DNA from: Candidatus Poribacteria bacterium | GTDB lineage: Bacteria; Poribacteria; WGA-4E; PCPOR2b | Reading direction: 5' to 3' | Length of the DNA: 64,000 nucleotides | Assembly: GCA_965116925.1 (NCBI GenBank) | Contig: OZ220744.1 | Coordinates: 800,001-864,000, forward strand | In this document: positions 51,277 through 60,907 of the stretch, piece after piece | How positions within the stretch are numbered: position 1 is the stretch's first letter | Layout: the number at the start of each line of letters is the position of its first letter | Notes under the pieces: generated by a model | Database searches by the model: none | What the model was told of the DNA's origin: nothing | Seen by the model: the letters and a program-made list of their open reading frames with translations, nothing else | Translations under genes and position numbers: made by a program

Positions 51277-52075
51277 CTGTCTGGTCATTTTGCTCGATAG
51301 TCCAATTGCCCTGTTTGTGTGTTTTCTGGTAAGTCTCTGCTTCCAGGCGTCAATCCCGCCGTCATGGCGTCAGATTCGTTTGCTCAGCCTTTTTATTATA
51401 TTAGGGACATGGGGATTGATTTACAGTCAAGGAATCTTTTATAATCAATTCCCTCGAACCGTCATCTTTACGTTGATCCATAAAGATGTTCCCATCATCG
51501 GGGGGTTGACGGGTGGCATCCATCTGTATCGTGAGGGGCTGTTTCACGGTGCAGTTCAATCTTTGCGGTTTAACACAATGTTGACAGTTAGTTGTTTTAT
51601 TATTTGGACAACCCAACCCCGTGACCTCTTGCTCGGCCTTGTGAAGCTGCGCGTTCCATACAGTCTCGCGTTTATGGTGACGACAGGGTTGCGCTACATT
51701 CCGCTCATCGGTTCGGAGGCGCGAACTGTGATTCGCTCACAGCGGTTACGCGGTTTTCGTTATTTGCAGCTTAATTTGTTTCATACCATCAGCGGAATCT
51801 TAAACAGTTTGCGCCCAATCTTAACCAATAACATTCGGCGGGCAACGCATCTCAGTGAAGCGGTTGAGAGCCGCGCATTCTCTCCTGATGCTGCCCATCG
51901 TACCTCTCTGCGTGAATTGAAAACGCGACAGCAGGATATTCTCCTAATTGTCCTTTTATTGGTCTGTTTATTGGGTGTTATTGGCTTGAAGGGGGTCTAC
52001 TTTCTCTACGCCAACGGACTCTATTATGCGTCTTGGCTGAGAGGTGCGTACACCTTTGCACGCGAAATCCTATAG
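51227..52075 (+). CDS. ECF transporter T component
   Basis: LHP..K, LRYIP, SQRLRG and ESRAF motifs; multiple TM segments. Confidence 0.87.
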   Translation: MTKLHPLTKILLLVIVSCLVILLDSPIALFVCFLVSLCFQASIPPSWRQIRLLSLFIILGTWGLIYSQGIFYNQFPRTVIFTLIHKDVPIIGGLTGGIHLYREGLFHGAVQSLRFNTMLTVSCFIIWTTQPRDLLLGLVKLRVPYSLAFMVTTGLRYIPLIGSEARTVIRSQRLRGFRYLQLNLFHTISGILNSLRPILTNNIRRATHLSEAVESRAFSPDAAHRTSLRELKTRQQDILLIVLLLVCLLGVIGLKGVYFLYANGLYYASWLRGAYTFAREIL

Positions 52076-52106
52076 TCCAGACAAAACTGTACAGGAGATG
52101 TGGAAA

Positions 52107-53489
52107 ATGGCAGAACGTATCTTAGTGGTTGACGATCAAACGGCAATGCAGGATTTACTGACAGATTTGCTCGAACAGCGTGGCGCGGAGCCGGTGGCTG
52201 TCGGTACTGTGGAGGCAGGGTTGGAGATGGTCTCTAAAAGCCCCGATGCCTTTGATCTCGTTATCCTGGACCTCGATTTTGGTGAAGGACAGACAAACGG
52301 GCTCGCTGGCTTAGAAGATATCAAGAAAATCAACCCCTCTCTGCCGGTTGTTATCCTAACAGGCAAAGGTACTATCTCGACTGCTGTCGAAGCAATTAAA
52401 CTTGGGGCTCAAGAATATGTCGAAAAGGATTTCTACATTGAAGAAAATATGGAACTCGCTCTCACACGGCTTAATCACCTGATCCGTGCCACAGTCGATA
52501 ACAAGCGGCTGCGTCGAGAGCGCGAGTTTTACCGTGAGGAATTGAAGGGGCGATACAACATTGTTGGCAAAAGTCGAGCCATTCAACAGGTGCACCAACA
52601 GATTGCGGAAGTGGCTTCTATCCCAAGACCTGTCCTGATTCGTGGTGAACGTGGAACTGGCAAAGAACTAGTCGCTGCTGCCATCCATAATAACAGTGAT
52701 CGCCAGAAACGCCCCTTCATCACAATTAACTGTGCAGCACTGGCAGAGGGGCTGCTAGAATGTGAACTCTTTGGGCAGGAAGATAACGCTTTCACCAATT
52801 CATCGTTTCGAGAGGGGCGCTTTGTGTTAGCGGATAGGGGAACGCTCTTTCTCGACGAGATCGGTAATATGTCGGTTGAATTTCAGCAGAAGATCCTGCG
52901 CGTGCTGGAATATCAACAGTTTGAACGGGTTGGTGGCACGAAGACGATGAAGGTTGATGTACGGGTTATTGCTGCAACCAATAGCGATATAGAGGCGGAT
53001 ATAGAGGCTGGCAAATTTCGGGCAGATTTATATGACAGACTTGCCTTTGAAACAATTTGGCTGCCACCGTTGCGTGATCGGAAAGAGGATATTGAACTGT
53101 TGTGCTACCATTTCATGGAGCGTCTCGCCGGGGAAGTCGCTGACATCAAACCCAAAAGATTGGCACCTGAGACTTTTGAGCACTTGAGCGCGTATGATTG
53201 GCCTGGTAATGTCCGTGAGCTCAAGTATGTTATCGAACGTATAACGTATAAAGTTGATGGGGACACTATTTCTCCGCATCACCTACCCCAGGAGATTCTC
53301 ACCGCCTATTCGCGCTCCGGTGGGGGAGACCCCCTCTCGAATCGACTCGCTCAAGTTGAAAAGCAGATTCTGATGGATGTGCACGAACAGTGCAAGGGAG
53401 ACTTGGAAGAAATTGCTCGCCAACTGAGCACCCCGCTTGAGTCACTGAAGCAGCTGATGCAGAAACATCAGATTGACGATACACAATAG
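52107..53489 (+). CDS. NtrC-family response regulator (REC-AAA+-HTH)
   Basis: VVDD, ILD, GERGTGKE, FLDEIG and WPGNVREL. Confidence 0.9.
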   Translation: MAERILVVDDQTAMQDLLTDLLEQRGAEPVAVGTVEAGLEMVSKSPDAFDLVILDLDFGEGQTNGLAGLEDIKKINPSLPVVILTGKGTISTAVEAIKLGAQEYVEKDFYIEENMELALTRLNHLIRATVDNKRLRREREFYREELKGRYNIVGKSRAIQQVHQQIAEVASIPRPVLIRGERGTGKELVAAAIHNNSDRQKRPFITINCAALAEGLLECELFGQEDNAFTNSSFREGRFVLADRGTLFLDEIGNMSVEFQQKILRVLEYQQFERVGGTKTMKVDVRVIAATNSDIEADIEAGKFRADLYDRLAFETIWLPPLRDRKEDIELLCYHFMERLAGEVADIKPKRLAPETFEHLSAYDWPGNVRELKYVIERITYKVDGDTISPHHLPQEILTAYSRSGGGDPLSNRLAQVEKQILMDVHEQCKGDLEEIARQLSTPLESLKQLMQKHQIDDTQ

Positions 53490-53536
53490 AATCAACACGA
53501 AGTTGAATCAGAAATCAGATCGGAGGGAACCTTATT

Positions 53537-54325
53537 ATGACTGTTGAGACAGCGGCAAAAGAGAAAGGTCAAGTTGAACATAGCAAAAACCCCGATTCGA
53601 GACTGAGGGAAGCCCATGGCCAACAACCTCCACACGCTGTGAAAAAGAAAACAGTTCCGCCACCACCGTTGAAGCATGGAGAGCGACTGACACGGGACGA
53701 ATTTGAGCGGCGTTATGAAGCAATGCCGCATCTGAAGAAAGCAGAGTTAATTGAAGGAGTCGTCTACATGCCATCACCTGTACGGACCGATATTCATAGC
53801 GACCCCCATGCCCGGATTATGACATGGCTTGGCGTCTATTGGACAGCAACGCCAGGAGTTCAGTGTGCTGATAATGCAACGGTTCATCTCGATCCCGACA
53901 ACGAGGCACAGCCCGATGGGTTGCTTCGGATTGATGAAGACGGCACCTCCCTTCTTAGCGATGAGGGTTACATTGAAGGTGCACCGGAATTGATTGTCGA
54001 AATTGCTGGGACAAGCGCGGACTACGATTTGCACGAAAAATTAGATGCCTATCTCCGTAATGGGGTAGCGGAGTACATTGTGTGGCAGACGCAGGAAAGA
54101 CGACTCGATTGGTTCCGTCTTGTCAATGAGGAATACGTGCCGATGTCCCCCGATGCGGATGGACTGATAGAAAGCCAAGTGTTTCCCGGTTTGCGCCTAG
54201 CAGTGAATGCGCTCATGGAAGGGGATCTCGCGACAGTTTTGTCTGAATTGCAAAAGGGATTGGAGACCACTGAGCATTCTGCATTCATCAGGCAGCTGCT
54301 AGAGAAAACGAATTTAGACACTTGA
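53537..54325 (+). CDS. Uma2 family endonuclease
   Basis: ELIEGVVYMPSP, QPD, PELIVEI and K...Y...GV.EY. Confidence 0.9.
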   Translation: MTVETAAKEKGQVEHSKNPDSRLREAHGQQPPHAVKKKTVPPPPLKHGERLTRDEFERRYEAMPHLKKAELIEGVVYMPSPVRTDIHSDPHARIMTWLGVYWTATPGVQCADNATVHLDPDNEAQPDGLLRIDEDGTSLLSDEGYIEGAPELIVEIAGTSADYDLHEKLDAYLRNGVAEYIVWQTQERRLDWFRLVNEEYVPMSPDADGLIESQVFPGLRLAVNALMEGDLATVLSELQKGLETTEHSAFIRQLLEKTNLDT

Positions 54326-54359
54326 AAGCATACAAGGTCTTGTTCTTTGGGGAGTTTCC

Positions 54360-55757
54360 ATGTTATTCACAATCACAACGACAGCACATCAGGCAGATAA
54401 TCTTAGCTTCCTGCTTCACAAGCACCCGGCACGGGTGCAAGTCTTTGGATTGAAATTTGGAAAGGTCCATGTTTTTTATCCGGAGGTAAGCGAGACGCGT
54501 TGCACAGCAGCGTTGCTGCTTGAAGTTGACCCTGTCGCGCTGGTCCGTAGGCATAGGGGTGGAAGCGGTGGTACGTTGGGAGCCTATGTAAATGACCGTC
54601 CTTACGTAGCATCATCATTTTTGAGCGTAGCAATCTCGCAGGTATTCGGAACTGCACTGGCCGGGCACTGCAAAGATCTACCCGACCGGGTGGATGAAGC
54701 GATGCCTTTTGAAGTAAACATCAGCGTCCTACCCTGTCGTGGGGGCGAGACGGTGCTTCGACAGCTGTTTGAACCGCTCGGTTATCAGGTAGATGCAACA
54801 CCGCATGCGCTTGATGAACAATTCCCACAGTGGGGAACCTCACGCTACTTTACGGTGACCTTGAAAGCGACATGTAGCCTGCAAGCACTCCTATCGCACC
54901 TTTACGTGCTTGTGCCTGTTTTGGATGATGATAAGCATTATTACGTTGGCGAGGATGAAGTGGAGAAACTGCTGCGTCGTGGGGAGAGATGGCTACCTTC
55001 ACACCCAGAACGGGACCTCATTACGGAGCGATACCTCAAATACCAGCGTTCATTGGTGCGCGAGGCATTAGCACGGTTGCAGGAGGACGCGGTAGCACCC
55101 GATGCAGCGGCGGAGAGGTACGCCGCTGCGGAAGAAGCTTTGGAAGCACCGGTACGACTGAATACGCTGCGATTGGAGGCGGTGGTGGAGGCGTTGAAGC
55201 ATTGTGGTGCCAGACGGGTATTGGATCTCGGCTGCGGCGAGGGAAAACTGCTCGTCATGCTGATGAAAGACGCGCACTTTGAAAAACTCGTCGGGGTGGA
55301 TGTTTCCGCACAAGCATTAGAAAGTGCTGCAAAACGGCTACACCTCGATCGCCACCCGAAACGTCGAGAGCGGATGTCGCTTCTTCATGGTGCCTTGACC
55401 TATCGTGACGACCGCCTACACGGCTTTGATGCCGCTGCGCTGGTTGAGGTCATTGAACACCTAGATGCACCACGTCTGAGAGCTTTGGAGCGGGTTGTCT
55501 TCGCACATGCCCGTCCGGGGTGTGTCATCGTTACAACACCCAATCAAGAATATAACGTTCGCTTTGAATCTTTGCCTGCGGGCGACTTTCGCCACCCCGA
55601 CCATCGCTTTGAATGGGGGCGTTCCGAGTTTCGTACATGGGCAGAATCTGTCGCAGCGCAATTTGACTATACCGTGAGGTTCGTTCCAATCGGTGAAGCA
55701 GACGAGGTACTCGGGCCGCCGACGCAAATGGCGGTGTTTGAACAACTGCACAATTGA
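54360..55757 (+). CDS. hen1: Bacterial Hen1 3'-terminal RNA 2'-O-methyltransferase
   Basis: FLLHKHP, YVNDRPY, DDDKHY, DLGCGEG, EVIEH, TTPN.EYN and RH.DH.FEW. Confidence 0.95.
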   Translation: MLFTITTTAHQADNLSFLLHKHPARVQVFGLKFGKVHVFYPEVSETRCTAALLLEVDPVALVRRHRGGSGGTLGAYVNDRPYVASSFLSVAISQVFGTALAGHCKDLPDRVDEAMPFEVNISVLPCRGGETVLRQLFEPLGYQVDATPHALDEQFPQWGTSRYFTVTLKATCSLQALLSHLYVLVPVLDDDKHYYVGEDEVEKLLRRGERWLPSHPERDLITERYLKYQRSLVREALARLQEDAVAPDAAAERYAAAEEALEAPVRLNTLRLEAVVEALKHCGARRVLDLGCGEGKLLVMLMKDAHFEKLVGVDVSAQALESAAKRLHLDRHPKRRERMSLLHGALTYRDDRLHGFDAAALVEVIEHLDAPRLRALERVVFAHARPGCVIVTTPNQEYNVRFESLPAGDFRHPDHRFEWGRSEFRTWAESVAAQFDYTVRFVPIGEADEVLGPPTQMAVFEQLHN

Positions 55758-55830
55758 TTTGATACATCACCTAGTCGTGAATTTCACCGGAGAAACGACT
55801 GAAGTCGGCACGACAAAAACTTATACTATG

Positions 55831-55993
55831 TAGGACTTACGCACTTCAGTAGGGAACGCAGATCTGCGTTCCCTACGAATCCCTTATGGAATCTCTCTTG
55901 TAGTTGCCCGATTCATCGGGCGTTGGGACGGGTGTGCAGAGGCGATAAATCGCCGAACTACAAAATGTTGAACATTCAACTGCGTAACTCCTA
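55831..55993 (+). mobile_element. MITE family C (163 bp)
   Basis: TIR taggacttacgca / tgcgtaactccta; 6-bp duplication ACTATG. Confidence 0.85.
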
Positions 55994-55995
55994 AC

Positions 55996-56103
55996 TATGG
56001 TAGATTTTAGAATTAATTAGACACTGGCAATCGGCGCAGTTGTAAACAGTGCCTACCAAACACTGGGAGCGAAAGTGTCTATTTATTGTTAGGATTCACT
56101 ATA
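55996..56103 (+). mobile_element. MITE family A (108 bp)
   Basis: Same consensus; its left tip overlaps the duplication made by element C. Confidence 0.8.
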
Positions 56104-56131
56104 GTTTTATTTGGGAATCAAGAGGGCGACA

Positions 56132-58816
56132 ATGAGTGAACCCAAAACCATCACCATTCCAGAACTATCCCTTGTCCTGCTGATCGGTGCATCGAGTGCA
56201 GGTAAAAGTACCTTTGCCCGCAGACATTTTAAGCCGACGGAGATCTTGTCCTCCGATTTCTGTCGTGCGTTGGTGTCGGACAATGAGAATGACATGAATG
56301 CGACGAAGGCGGCTTTTGATGTGTTACATTATATCGCTGTCAAGCGGTTGGCAGCGAGACGATTGGTGGTCGTGGATGCTACAAACCTGAAACCCGAAGA
56401 TCGCAAGCCGTTTGTCGATTTAGCGCGAGAGTATCATGTCCTGCCGATCGCCATCGTGCTAGAGCCACCGCAAAGCGTCTGCACCGCACGTAATCAAGCA
56501 CGCCCCGATCGGCATCTGCCGCGAAGCGTGATTCGTCAGCACATCCAGCAATTGCGCCGATCTGTAGGCAGATTGGGTAAGGAAGGTTTTCGCTACATTT
56601 ATCGCTTGCGTAGTGAGGAGGAAATCGATTCGGTTCGCATCGAGCGACAACGGCTCTGGACCGACCGCCGAGACGATTCTGGGCCTTTTGACATTATCGG
56701 CGATTTACACGGCTGCTGTGACGAATTGGAAGAATTGCTCGGTGTACTCGGCTACATCCGAAACGAGGGTGGGATATTCGTCCATCCTCAAGGCCGACGT
56801 GCCTTCTTTCTGGGCGATCTGGTTGATAGGGGCCCGCGCATCGTGGACACGCTGGAATTGATCATGGGAATGTGCGAGGTAGGTAGTGCGTTATGCGTGC
56901 CGGGAAATCATGACATAAAATTGATTCGGAAGTTGCGTGAACGAAACGGGACTGAAAAATTTTCGCATGGAGGTCGCCATCGGGGTAAAAGTTCTGGGAT
57001 TCAAATCGTGCATGGACTTGCCGAGACACTTGCGGAGCTGGACGCGCTCCCTGATGATGAGCGAGAAACATTTAAGGAAAAGGTTATCGCGTTTCTGGAC
57101 AGTCTTGTGAGTCACTACCTTCTTGATGATGGAAAACTGGTCGTCGCACACGCGGGGATGAAGGAGGAGATGCAAGGGCGGGCGTCAAGAACGGTTCGTG
57201 AGTTTGCGCTTTACGGCGAGACGACCGGCGAGATTGATGCGTTTGGTCTGCCCGTCAGATTCGACTGGGCATCGGCGTATCGAGGCGGTGCAACCGTTGT
57301 TTACGGCCATACCCCCGTACCTGAACCCGAATGGCTCAACCATACTATCAATATTGACACCGGCTGTGTGTTTGGAGGCAAGCTAACGGCTCTGCGCTAT
57401 CCCGAAAAGGAATTGGTATCCGTTCCTGCGCAGCGGGTCTATTCCGAACCTGTGCGTCCATTCCTTGAGCCTGAGCTGGAGTCACCGCAATTGACCGCAC
57501 AGCAGGCACACGACGATCTACTCAACGTCGCTGACTACTTGCAAAAATTGATGATCGACACACGGTTGATGGGGCATGTGATTGTCCGCGAAGAAAATGC
57601 CGCTGCCGCGCTTGAAGTGATGACTCGCTTTGCAGTTGCTCCACAGTGGCTTATCTATTTGCCTCCCACAATGTCGCCCAGTGCAACATCGCGTCGTCCA
57701 AACATACTCGAACACCCGGAGGAAGCGTTCTCTTACTTCCGCAACGAAGGTGTACCGCAAGTCATCTGTGAAGAGAAGCACATGGGGTCCCGTGTCGTTA
57801 TCGTGCTATGCCGTGATGAAACGGTTGCCCAGAAACGATTCGGTATTGTTGGTAATGGTACAATTCAACCCACATTTGACGGTGACAAATCGCCGGAGGT
57901 CAAACATATTGAACCTAGTATCGGTGTCTGTTATACACGGACGGGGCGTCCTTTCTTCAACGACCCTGAGATCGAGGGTGCGTTGCTCCAACGACTCCAC
58001 GCTGCCTTCGATGCAATCAAGTTTTGGGAAACGCACGAAACCGATTGGGTGTGTCTTGATGCAGAGCTAATGCCGTGGTCTGCAAAGGCGCAGGAGTTGA
58101 TCAAAGAACAATACGCGCCGGTCGGTGTCGCTGGGCAGATTGCGCTCAAACATGCTGCGGATGTTCTTACGCAATCGGAAGCGCGAGGGCTGGCTGTGCA
58201 GGAGCTACAGGGGCAAATCGTCCAACGGCAGGATAGCGTCAAACGCTATCGCAATGCTTATCGGCAGTACTGTTGGGAGGTGACATCACTCAACGACCTG
58301 AAACTTGCACCATTTCATCTGTTAGCGGTAGAAGGTAAAGTCTACACTGACAAAGACCACCACTGGCACCTCGAAACACTGAAGGCATTGTGTAATGCCG
58401 CCCCTGATCTGCTTCAAGCCACTGCTTACCACATTGTTGATGTGCGGGACGAAGCATCGCAGGGTGGAGCGATTCAGTGGTGGGAGACGTTGACAGAACA
58501 GGGTGGTGAAGGAATGGTTGTCAAGCCGTATGATTTTCACCCACGCAGCTCACGTGGGCTGGTCCAACCGGCGGTCAAATGTCGTGGACGAGAATATCTG
58601 AGAATCATCTACGGTCCCGAATATTTACTCCCCGAAAACTTAGATCGGTTGAAAGCCCGTAACTTAGGGGTCAAAAGGCAGTTGGCACTCCGCGAGTTTG
58701 CACTTGGTATCGAAGCATTGGAACGCTTCGTGCGGCGCGAGCCACTTCAGCGTGTGCACGAATGCGTCTTCGGCGTTCTGGCGTTAGAGAGCGAGCCTGT
58801 CGACCCACGGTTATAG
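56132..58816 (+). CDS. pnkp: Polynucleotide kinase-phosphatase-ligase (Pnkp)
   Basis: Kinase GASSAGKS, phosphoesterase GDLHG/GDLVDRG/GNHD, ligase EEKHMGSR, EGMVVKP and C-terminal DPRL. Confidence 0.95.
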   Translation: MSEPKTITIPELSLVLLIGASSAGKSTFARRHFKPTEILSSDFCRALVSDNENDMNATKAAFDVLHYIAVKRLAARRLVVVDATNLKPEDRKPFVDLAREYHVLPIAIVLEPPQSVCTARNQARPDRHLPRSVIRQHIQQLRRSVGRLGKEGFRYIYRLRSEEEIDSVRIERQRLWTDRRDDSGPFDIIGDLHGCCDELEELLGVLGYIRNEGGIFVHPQGRRAFFLGDLVDRGPRIVDTLELIMGMCEVGSALCVPGNHDIKLIRKLRERNGTEKFSHGGRHRGKSSGIQIVHGLAETLAELDALPDDERETFKEKVIAFLDSLVSHYLLDDGKLVVAHAGMKEEMQGRASRTVREFALYGETTGEIDAFGLPVRFDWASAYRGGATVVYGHTPVPEPEWLNHTINIDTGCVFGGKLTALRYPEKELVSVPAQRVYSEPVRPFLEPELESPQLTAQQAHDDLLNVADYLQKLMIDTRLMGHVIVREENAAAALEVMTRFAVAPQWLIYLPPTMSPSATSRRPNILEHPEEAFSYFRNEGVPQVICEEKHMGSRVVIVLCRDETVAQKRFGIVGNGTIQPTFDGDKSPEVKHIEPSIGVCYTRTGRPFFNDPEIEGALLQRLHAAFDAIKFWETHETDWVCLDAELMPWSAKAQELIKEQYAPVGVAGQIALKHAADVLTQSEARGLAVQELQGQIVQRQDSVKRYRNAYRQYCWEVTSLNDLKLAPFHLLAVEGKVYTDKDHHWHLETLKALCNAAPDLLQATAYHIVDVRDEASQGGAIQWWETLTEQGGEGMVVKPYDFHPRSSRGLVQPAVKCRGREYLRIIYGPEYLLPENLDRLKARNLGVKRQLALREFALGIEALERFVRREPLQRVHECVFGVLALESEPVDPRL

Positions 58817-58945
58817 TTTTGAATGAGCGCGTTTTATTTGTTAGAGCAAGCAATTTTGAGCAAGGATGGAAGATATGCTTCATTCACTTTTTTCCCATCT
58901 TCCCTCCTTCCCTATTTTCTGAAGACTGGAAAGGAGGAGCCGGAA

Positions 58946-60853
58946 ATGATGTCTGACACGTATGAGAAAACCTACACACAGTCATTGAACGAGCCGGAGG
59001 CGTTTTGGGCGCAGGCAGCGGAAGATGTGCACTGGTATAAGAAGTGGGACACCGTGCTTGATGACTCACGGAAGCCTTTTTATCGCTGGTTTGCAGGTGG
59101 TTTGACCAACAGCTGCTACAATGCTCTCGATCTGCATGTGGAAACTGGACGTGCTGATCAGACAGCACTCATTTACGACAGTCCTGTTACAGATACTATT
59201 GAGACTTTCACTTACCGTGAGCTCCGGGACGAGGTCGCACGTTTTGCGGGTGTGCTTGTCGCTCAGGGTGTTCAGAAAGGCGATCGTGTGATTATTTACA
59301 TGCCGATGGTGCCTGAAGCGGTTATCGCCATGCTCGCTTGCGCGCGGATCGGTGCTGTTCACTCGGTTGTTTTCGGGGGCTTTGCTGCCAATGAATTGGC
59401 AACCCGTATTGACGATGCAAAACCGAAACTCATCCTCTCTGCTTCGTGCGGTATCGAAGTGGGCCGGATTGTGGCATATAAGCCCCTGCTTGATAGTGCT
59501 ATTGAACTTGCATCAGAAAAACCTTCGCGGTGTATCATCCTACAGCGTCCTCAAGAACGAGCATCCATGGTTGCTGGCCGCGACTTGGATTGGTTGGAAG
59601 TTGTGGACAGCGCGACTCCAGTCGATTGCGTACCGGTTGCTGCAACAGATCCCCTTTATATCCTTTACACTTCGGGTACAACCGGTGTGCCGAAAGGCGT
59701 TGTACGCGACAACGGTGGACATCTGGTTGCGCTTAATTGGAGCTTAAAGAATGTCTATGGCGTGAATGCCGGCGAAGTATATTGGGCGGCTTCGGACATC
59801 GGTTGGGCTGTAGGACATTCCTACACTGTCTACGCGCCCCTCTTCAAAGGATGTACGACGATTTTGTACGAAGGAAAGCCGGTTGGCACCCCCGATCCGG
59901 GGGCATTCTGGCGGGTCATTTCCCAACATGGGGTGAGCACGCTTTTCACAGCACCAACCGTTTTCCGAGCTATTAAGCGGGAGGATCCGAACGGCGATTA
60001 TATCTGCAAATATGATCTGAGCTACTTCCGGGCACTCTTTCTTGCCGGTGAGCGATGCGATCCCGATACACTGCTCTGGGCGCAAAAACAGCTCAACGTT
60101 CCGGTGATTGACCATTGGTGGCAGACGGAAACCGGCTGGCCCGTAGGTGCGAACTGCATTGGCATTGAAGCGTTTCCCGTGAAGCCCGGCTCTTGCACAA
60201 AGACGGTTCCGGGCTATGATGTGCGTGTTTTAGATGACGATGGTGCGGAGGTAGAAGCGAGTCAGATTGGTAATATCGTCATTAAGTTGCCGTTACCTCC
60301 CGGCTGTCTGCCAACGCTGTGGAACAACGACGGAGGTTATCAGTCATCTTATCTCAGCACCTATGCGGGCTACTATTTGACAGCGGACGCCGGCTATAAG
60401 GATGAGGATGACTACCTCTGGATCATGAGTCGCACGGACGACATCATCAACGTGGCGGGGCATCGCCTCTCGACCGGTGCGATGGAGGAGGTTCTAGCGT
60501 CTCATCCCGATGTTGCTGAATGCGCCGTTGTGGGTATCGCAGATCAGATCAAGGGGGAAGTGCCGATGGGCTTTATTGTGCTGAAAGCCGGCGTTCAGCG
60601 CGCCGAAGATCCCATTATTCAGGAGCTCATCCAGATGGTGCGTCAGGAGATTGGTCCTATCGCCTCCTTCCGAGTTGCGACTGTGGTGCAGCGGCTTCCT
60701 AAAACGCGATCGGGTAAGATTCTGCGCGGAACCATGAAGCGGATCGCTGATGGGGTTGAGTATCGGATGCCGGCGACAATTGATGATCCGGTTATCTTGG
60801 ATGAGATTACTGAAGCCTTGGCAATCCTCGGTTATCCGCGTAAAAGTACATAG
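58946..60853 (+). CDS. prpE: Propionyl-CoA synthetase (acetate/propionate-CoA ligase)
   Basis: YTSGTTGVPKGV.RD.GG, DHWWQTETG, NVAGHRLSTG and PKTRSGK. Confidence 0.88.
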   Translation: MMSDTYEKTYTQSLNEPEAFWAQAAEDVHWYKKWDTVLDDSRKPFYRWFAGGLTNSCYNALDLHVETGRADQTALIYDSPVTDTIETFTYRELRDEVARFAGVLVAQGVQKGDRVIIYMPMVPEAVIAMLACARIGAVHSVVFGGFAANELATRIDDAKPKLILSASCGIEVGRIVAYKPLLDSAIELASEKPSRCIILQRPQERASMVAGRDLDWLEVVDSATPVDCVPVAATDPLYILYTSGTTGVPKGVVRDNGGHLVALNWSLKNVYGVNAGEVYWAASDIGWAVGHSYTVYAPLFKGCTTILYEGKPVGTPDPGAFWRVISQHGVSTLFTAPTVFRAIKREDPNGDYICKYDLSYFRALFLAGERCDPDTLLWAQKQLNVPVIDHWWQTETGWPVGANCIGIEAFPVKPGSCTKTVPGYDVRVLDDDGAEVEASQIGNIVIKLPLPPGCLPTLWNNDGGYQSSYLSTYAGYYLTADAGYKDEDDYLWIMSRTDDIINVAGHRLSTGAMEEVLASHPDVAECAVVGIADQIKGEVPMGFIVLKAGVQRAEDPIIQELIQMVRQEIGPIASFRVATVVQRLPKTRSGKILRGTMKRIADGVEYRMPATIDDPVILDEITEALAILGYPRKST

Positions 60854-60907
60854 GGATCGAATAACCAAGAAATTATTTCCAAGCAACCTATATCCGGGGA
60901 GAAAAAA

